Positions 29,879-32,774 of a stretch of DNA of 32,774 nucleotides are shown piece by piece (the stretch's first letter is position 1; each line of letters opens with the position of its first letter). The stretch is from NCBI GenBank assembly GCA_043228905.1, contig JBHGNT010000347.1, positions 1-32,774 on the forward strand, written 5' to 3'. This DNA is from Azolla caroliniana. Lineage: Eukaryota; Plantae; Polypodiophyta. Position numbers and translations under genes: made by a program. Under the pieces are notes generated by a model. That model was not told the origin of the DNA. It saw nothing but the letters and a program-made list of their open reading frames with translations, and did not search any database.

Positions 29879-32774
29879 TGTTGGGAGACAGGTCCCTCCG
29901 GATGGGAAGGGAGAAGAACAGTGCTGATGAGCAAACTTGGCCGAGACCGAAACCGGATGAGGAGTACCCGGCTTCGGAGAGCCGGATGGTGCAGACCCGG
30001 TGAGAACCGGATGAGGAGTACCCGGCTTCGGAGAGCCAGATGGTGCAAACCCGGTGAGAACCGGATGAGGAGTACCCGGCTACGGAGAGCCGGATGGTGC
30101 AGACTCGGTGAGAACCGGATGAGGAGTACCTGGCTACGGAGAGCCGAATGGTGCAGACCCGGTGAGGAGTGCTCACCGGATGAAGAGACATATTCGTAAA
30201 TATGCATCTGAGAGCCCATCGTGGCTATATTTGTAAATAGCCGAAAAGTCATATTAGTATAAATATGACTTAGGGCAAATTTTTTAGTGTGAGTCGTTGT
30301 CATTCTTGTTGGTGCAAGGAGAGAGAGGCACGTAACAGTGTAGAGAGAGAGAGAGAAAGAGAGAGAGGTCGTTGCCTCTGTTGTAACCGCCGCCTGTGGC
30401 AAAGATCGTGAGCACGAGGTCGTTGCCTCCGTGAACTCACTATTGTACATTCTAACATAGTGATAGTTTGCAGCCTGTGGGCTGCCGTGGTTTTTCCCTT
30501 AGTTTGGGTTTTCCACGTAAACATCCTGTGTACTCTTCTCTTCTTCGTGTCGTGCATTCTTTCACCGTTTTTCTGTGTATGATTCTAAGCTCGGTTGTGG
30601 CCGAGCATTGCGCATAGGGGACGTAGAGTTCTTGTCAAGTGGTATCAGAGCGAAACGACACAGAAAATGGACGACTCGTTGGGAGGCATGTTCAAGCTCA
30701 CCAGCTCCAACTATTCGGTGTGGAAGTCGAAGATGAGGGACATGCTCGTGGTTAAAGATCTTTGGTTGCCGGTTCAGTTTGGGGACAAGAGACCGGACAA
30801 AATCGACGCCACGATATGGGAGAGCAAGGCGTACATACGGTGCTTCATCGACATGAGCCTATACAACAACTTCAATGAAGAGAGCAAGGCTCATGAGCTC
30901 TGGGAGAAGATCGACATTATGTTTTAGAACAAAAATGTTGTTAACCAGGTTTCGGTATTCCGGAAGCTAGTAAGACTCCGGTACCAAGATGGCTCCAGCA
31001 TGGCGGAGCACATGAATGCCTTCCAGGGGCTAATACACCAGGCAACATCATTGGAAGTACCCCTCGCCGATGAGGTACTAGGCTCTATCGCTACTCCTGT
31101 GCGGTTCCCTCCCGGATAGCTGGGAGACGTTGGTTGTCACTTTGGGCAACGCCGGGCCGTAAGGGAAACGGTTATCCCTAGCAAGAGTGAAGTCGAGCTT
31201 GCTAGATGAGGATGCGCGTCGAAAAGATAAGGATACGTGCTCCGACTCCAAAGCACTCCTTACCGAATCGGAACGCGGAAGACAAAGGAACCGTAGCCCC
31301 CAAAACCGGGAAAAGTCGGGGACGCGGTCAAAGTCAAGGGGGAGGCCTACTTGCTTCTATTGCGCCAAGCCGGGACACTTCCAAAAGAATTGTCGGCATT
31401 TCTGTAAAGACAAGGAAACTGACGACACCGATTCGAAGCGGACACCGAACCAGAACGGTAAAGACCGTAGGGGACCGAACCGGAAGGGAACAACGGCAAT
31501 CGCGGCAAGTGAAGAAGAGTTGATGCTAATCACCGAGGAGAGTGAGATAAACCTTGTCGGTGACGAGATGACCTGGGTGGTCGACTCCGGAGCGTCGTTC
31601 CACCTTACCCCGGACCAGAAATGCTTCTCATCCTACTCAACCGGTGATCACGGCTATGTCCAGATGGGGAATGAAGGTACATGCCGAATTGTCGGCATAG
31701 GAGACGTGTGGCTGACAACACCAACCGGATGCAAGATGCTGCTGAAGGATGCCCAACATGTTCCGGAGGTTCGTCTGAACCTAATATCAGGCGGTCGGCT
31801 AGATGATGAAGGCTACACGGGTAGCATCCGAAACGGTGTTATGAAGTTCAACAAGGGGAGCCTGATCATGGCTTGGGCCCGGAAGGTCAACACACTCTAC
31901 CTGATGAATGCCTGGTTATGTCCGGAGGAAGTGAACGTGGCATCCGACACTGCCGGTGAGTTGTGGCACAAGAGGTTGTGTCACATGAGCGAGAAGGGGA
32001 TGAAGAGGCTTGCAGAAGACAACCTCATTCCAGTGAAGAAGGTGCACTTGGAGAAGTGCACTGATTGTCTGGCCGGTAAGCAAAACCGGACCTCCTTCTG
32101 ACCAAGGCCACCGATGAGACGTAATGCACCACTGGAGTTGGTGCATACTGATGTGTGTCAAGTGGACACCAAGTCACATGCAGGATCGCAGTACTTCGTG
32201 ACGTTCATAGATGACCACAGCCGGAAGTTGTGGGCCACACCGTTGAAGACGAAGGATCAGGTGTTATCCGTCTTCAAAGACCTCCACGCGAGAGTGGAAA
32301 GAGAATCCGGCCAGAAGCTGAAGGCGGTTCGAGCAGATAACGGAGGTGAATACCGGGGGCAGTTTGAGGAGTATTGTCACTCGAAGGGAATCTGGCTCGA
32401 ATTTACTGTGCCGAAGACGCCGGAACTAAATGGGCTAGCCGAGAGGATGAACCGGACCATAATGGAGAGGGTCCGGAGTATGCTAGCGCATGCAAAACTA
32501 CACAAGAAGTTTTGGGTTGAGGCACTGTCGATGGCGACATATGTGATAAACAGATCACCCTCAACACCCTTGGACGGAGACACGCCACAGAGAGTATGGA
32601 CCGGTAAGGAAGTGTCCTACCGGCATCTGAAGGTATTCGGGTGTCTCGCGTACGTGCATGTAGCTAAGGACCGGAGAGGAAAGTTAGATCCAAAGACCCG
32701 ACCATGCATATTCCTCGGTTACGGCGACGATGAGTTCGGCTATCGAGTGTGGGACCTGGTCGACAAGAAGGTAT
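29879..32774 (+). mobile_element. Defective Tnt1-like copia element (5' LTR, PBS, gag, protease, integrase), runs off the right edge
   Basis: LTR 29879-30637 (TGTTGGGAG...CTTGTCA). PBS TGGTATCAGAGC 30640-30651. gag ATG 30667 (MDDSLGGMFKLTSSNYSVWK). Stops (30925-30927, 32099-32101) and a frameshift near 31081. Downstream region closely similar to the intact element. Predicted TSD GTATA (29874-29878). Confidence 0.93.
29951..30166 (+). repeat. 54-bp tandem array (4 copies) in LTR U3
   Basis: Units start at 29951, 30005, 30059 and 30113: AACCGGATGAGGAGTACCCGGCT(T/A)CGGAGAGCCGGATGGTGCAGACCCGGTGAG. Confidence 0.93.

Overview
Land-plant nuclear DNA with spliceosomal introns and plant-type copia, gypsy and LINE elements; a non-seed plant such as a fern is a guess from the element types. 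Bases 1-7581 hold the 5' part of a minus-strand SEC24 (COPII cargo adaptor, Arabidopsis CEF/SEC24B-C type). I reconstructed 18 phase-consistent GT-AG exons, and a hAT-type MITE sits in intron 12. From about 9.4 kb to the end is a nested transposon stack. It holds three RTE/RTEX-like LINE copies, one nested in another, plus several decayed Ty1/copia elements, a gypsy protease remnant and a solo LTR. It also holds one intact Tnt1-like copia element (21084-26411; 606-bp LTRs with no visible difference, AGAAA TSD, 1358-aa ORF). The most unusual observations: (1) a 334-bp foldback element with TG...CA ends and a 5-bp TSD; (2) a MITE whose 8-bp TSD duplicated a splice donor and created an AG|GT junction; (3) a covarying 3' stem-loop shared by two divergent LINEs; (4) a hairpin enclosing the copia stop codon and PPT; (5) an apparent capsid swap between two copia relatives. 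All of this was read by eye; no searches were run.
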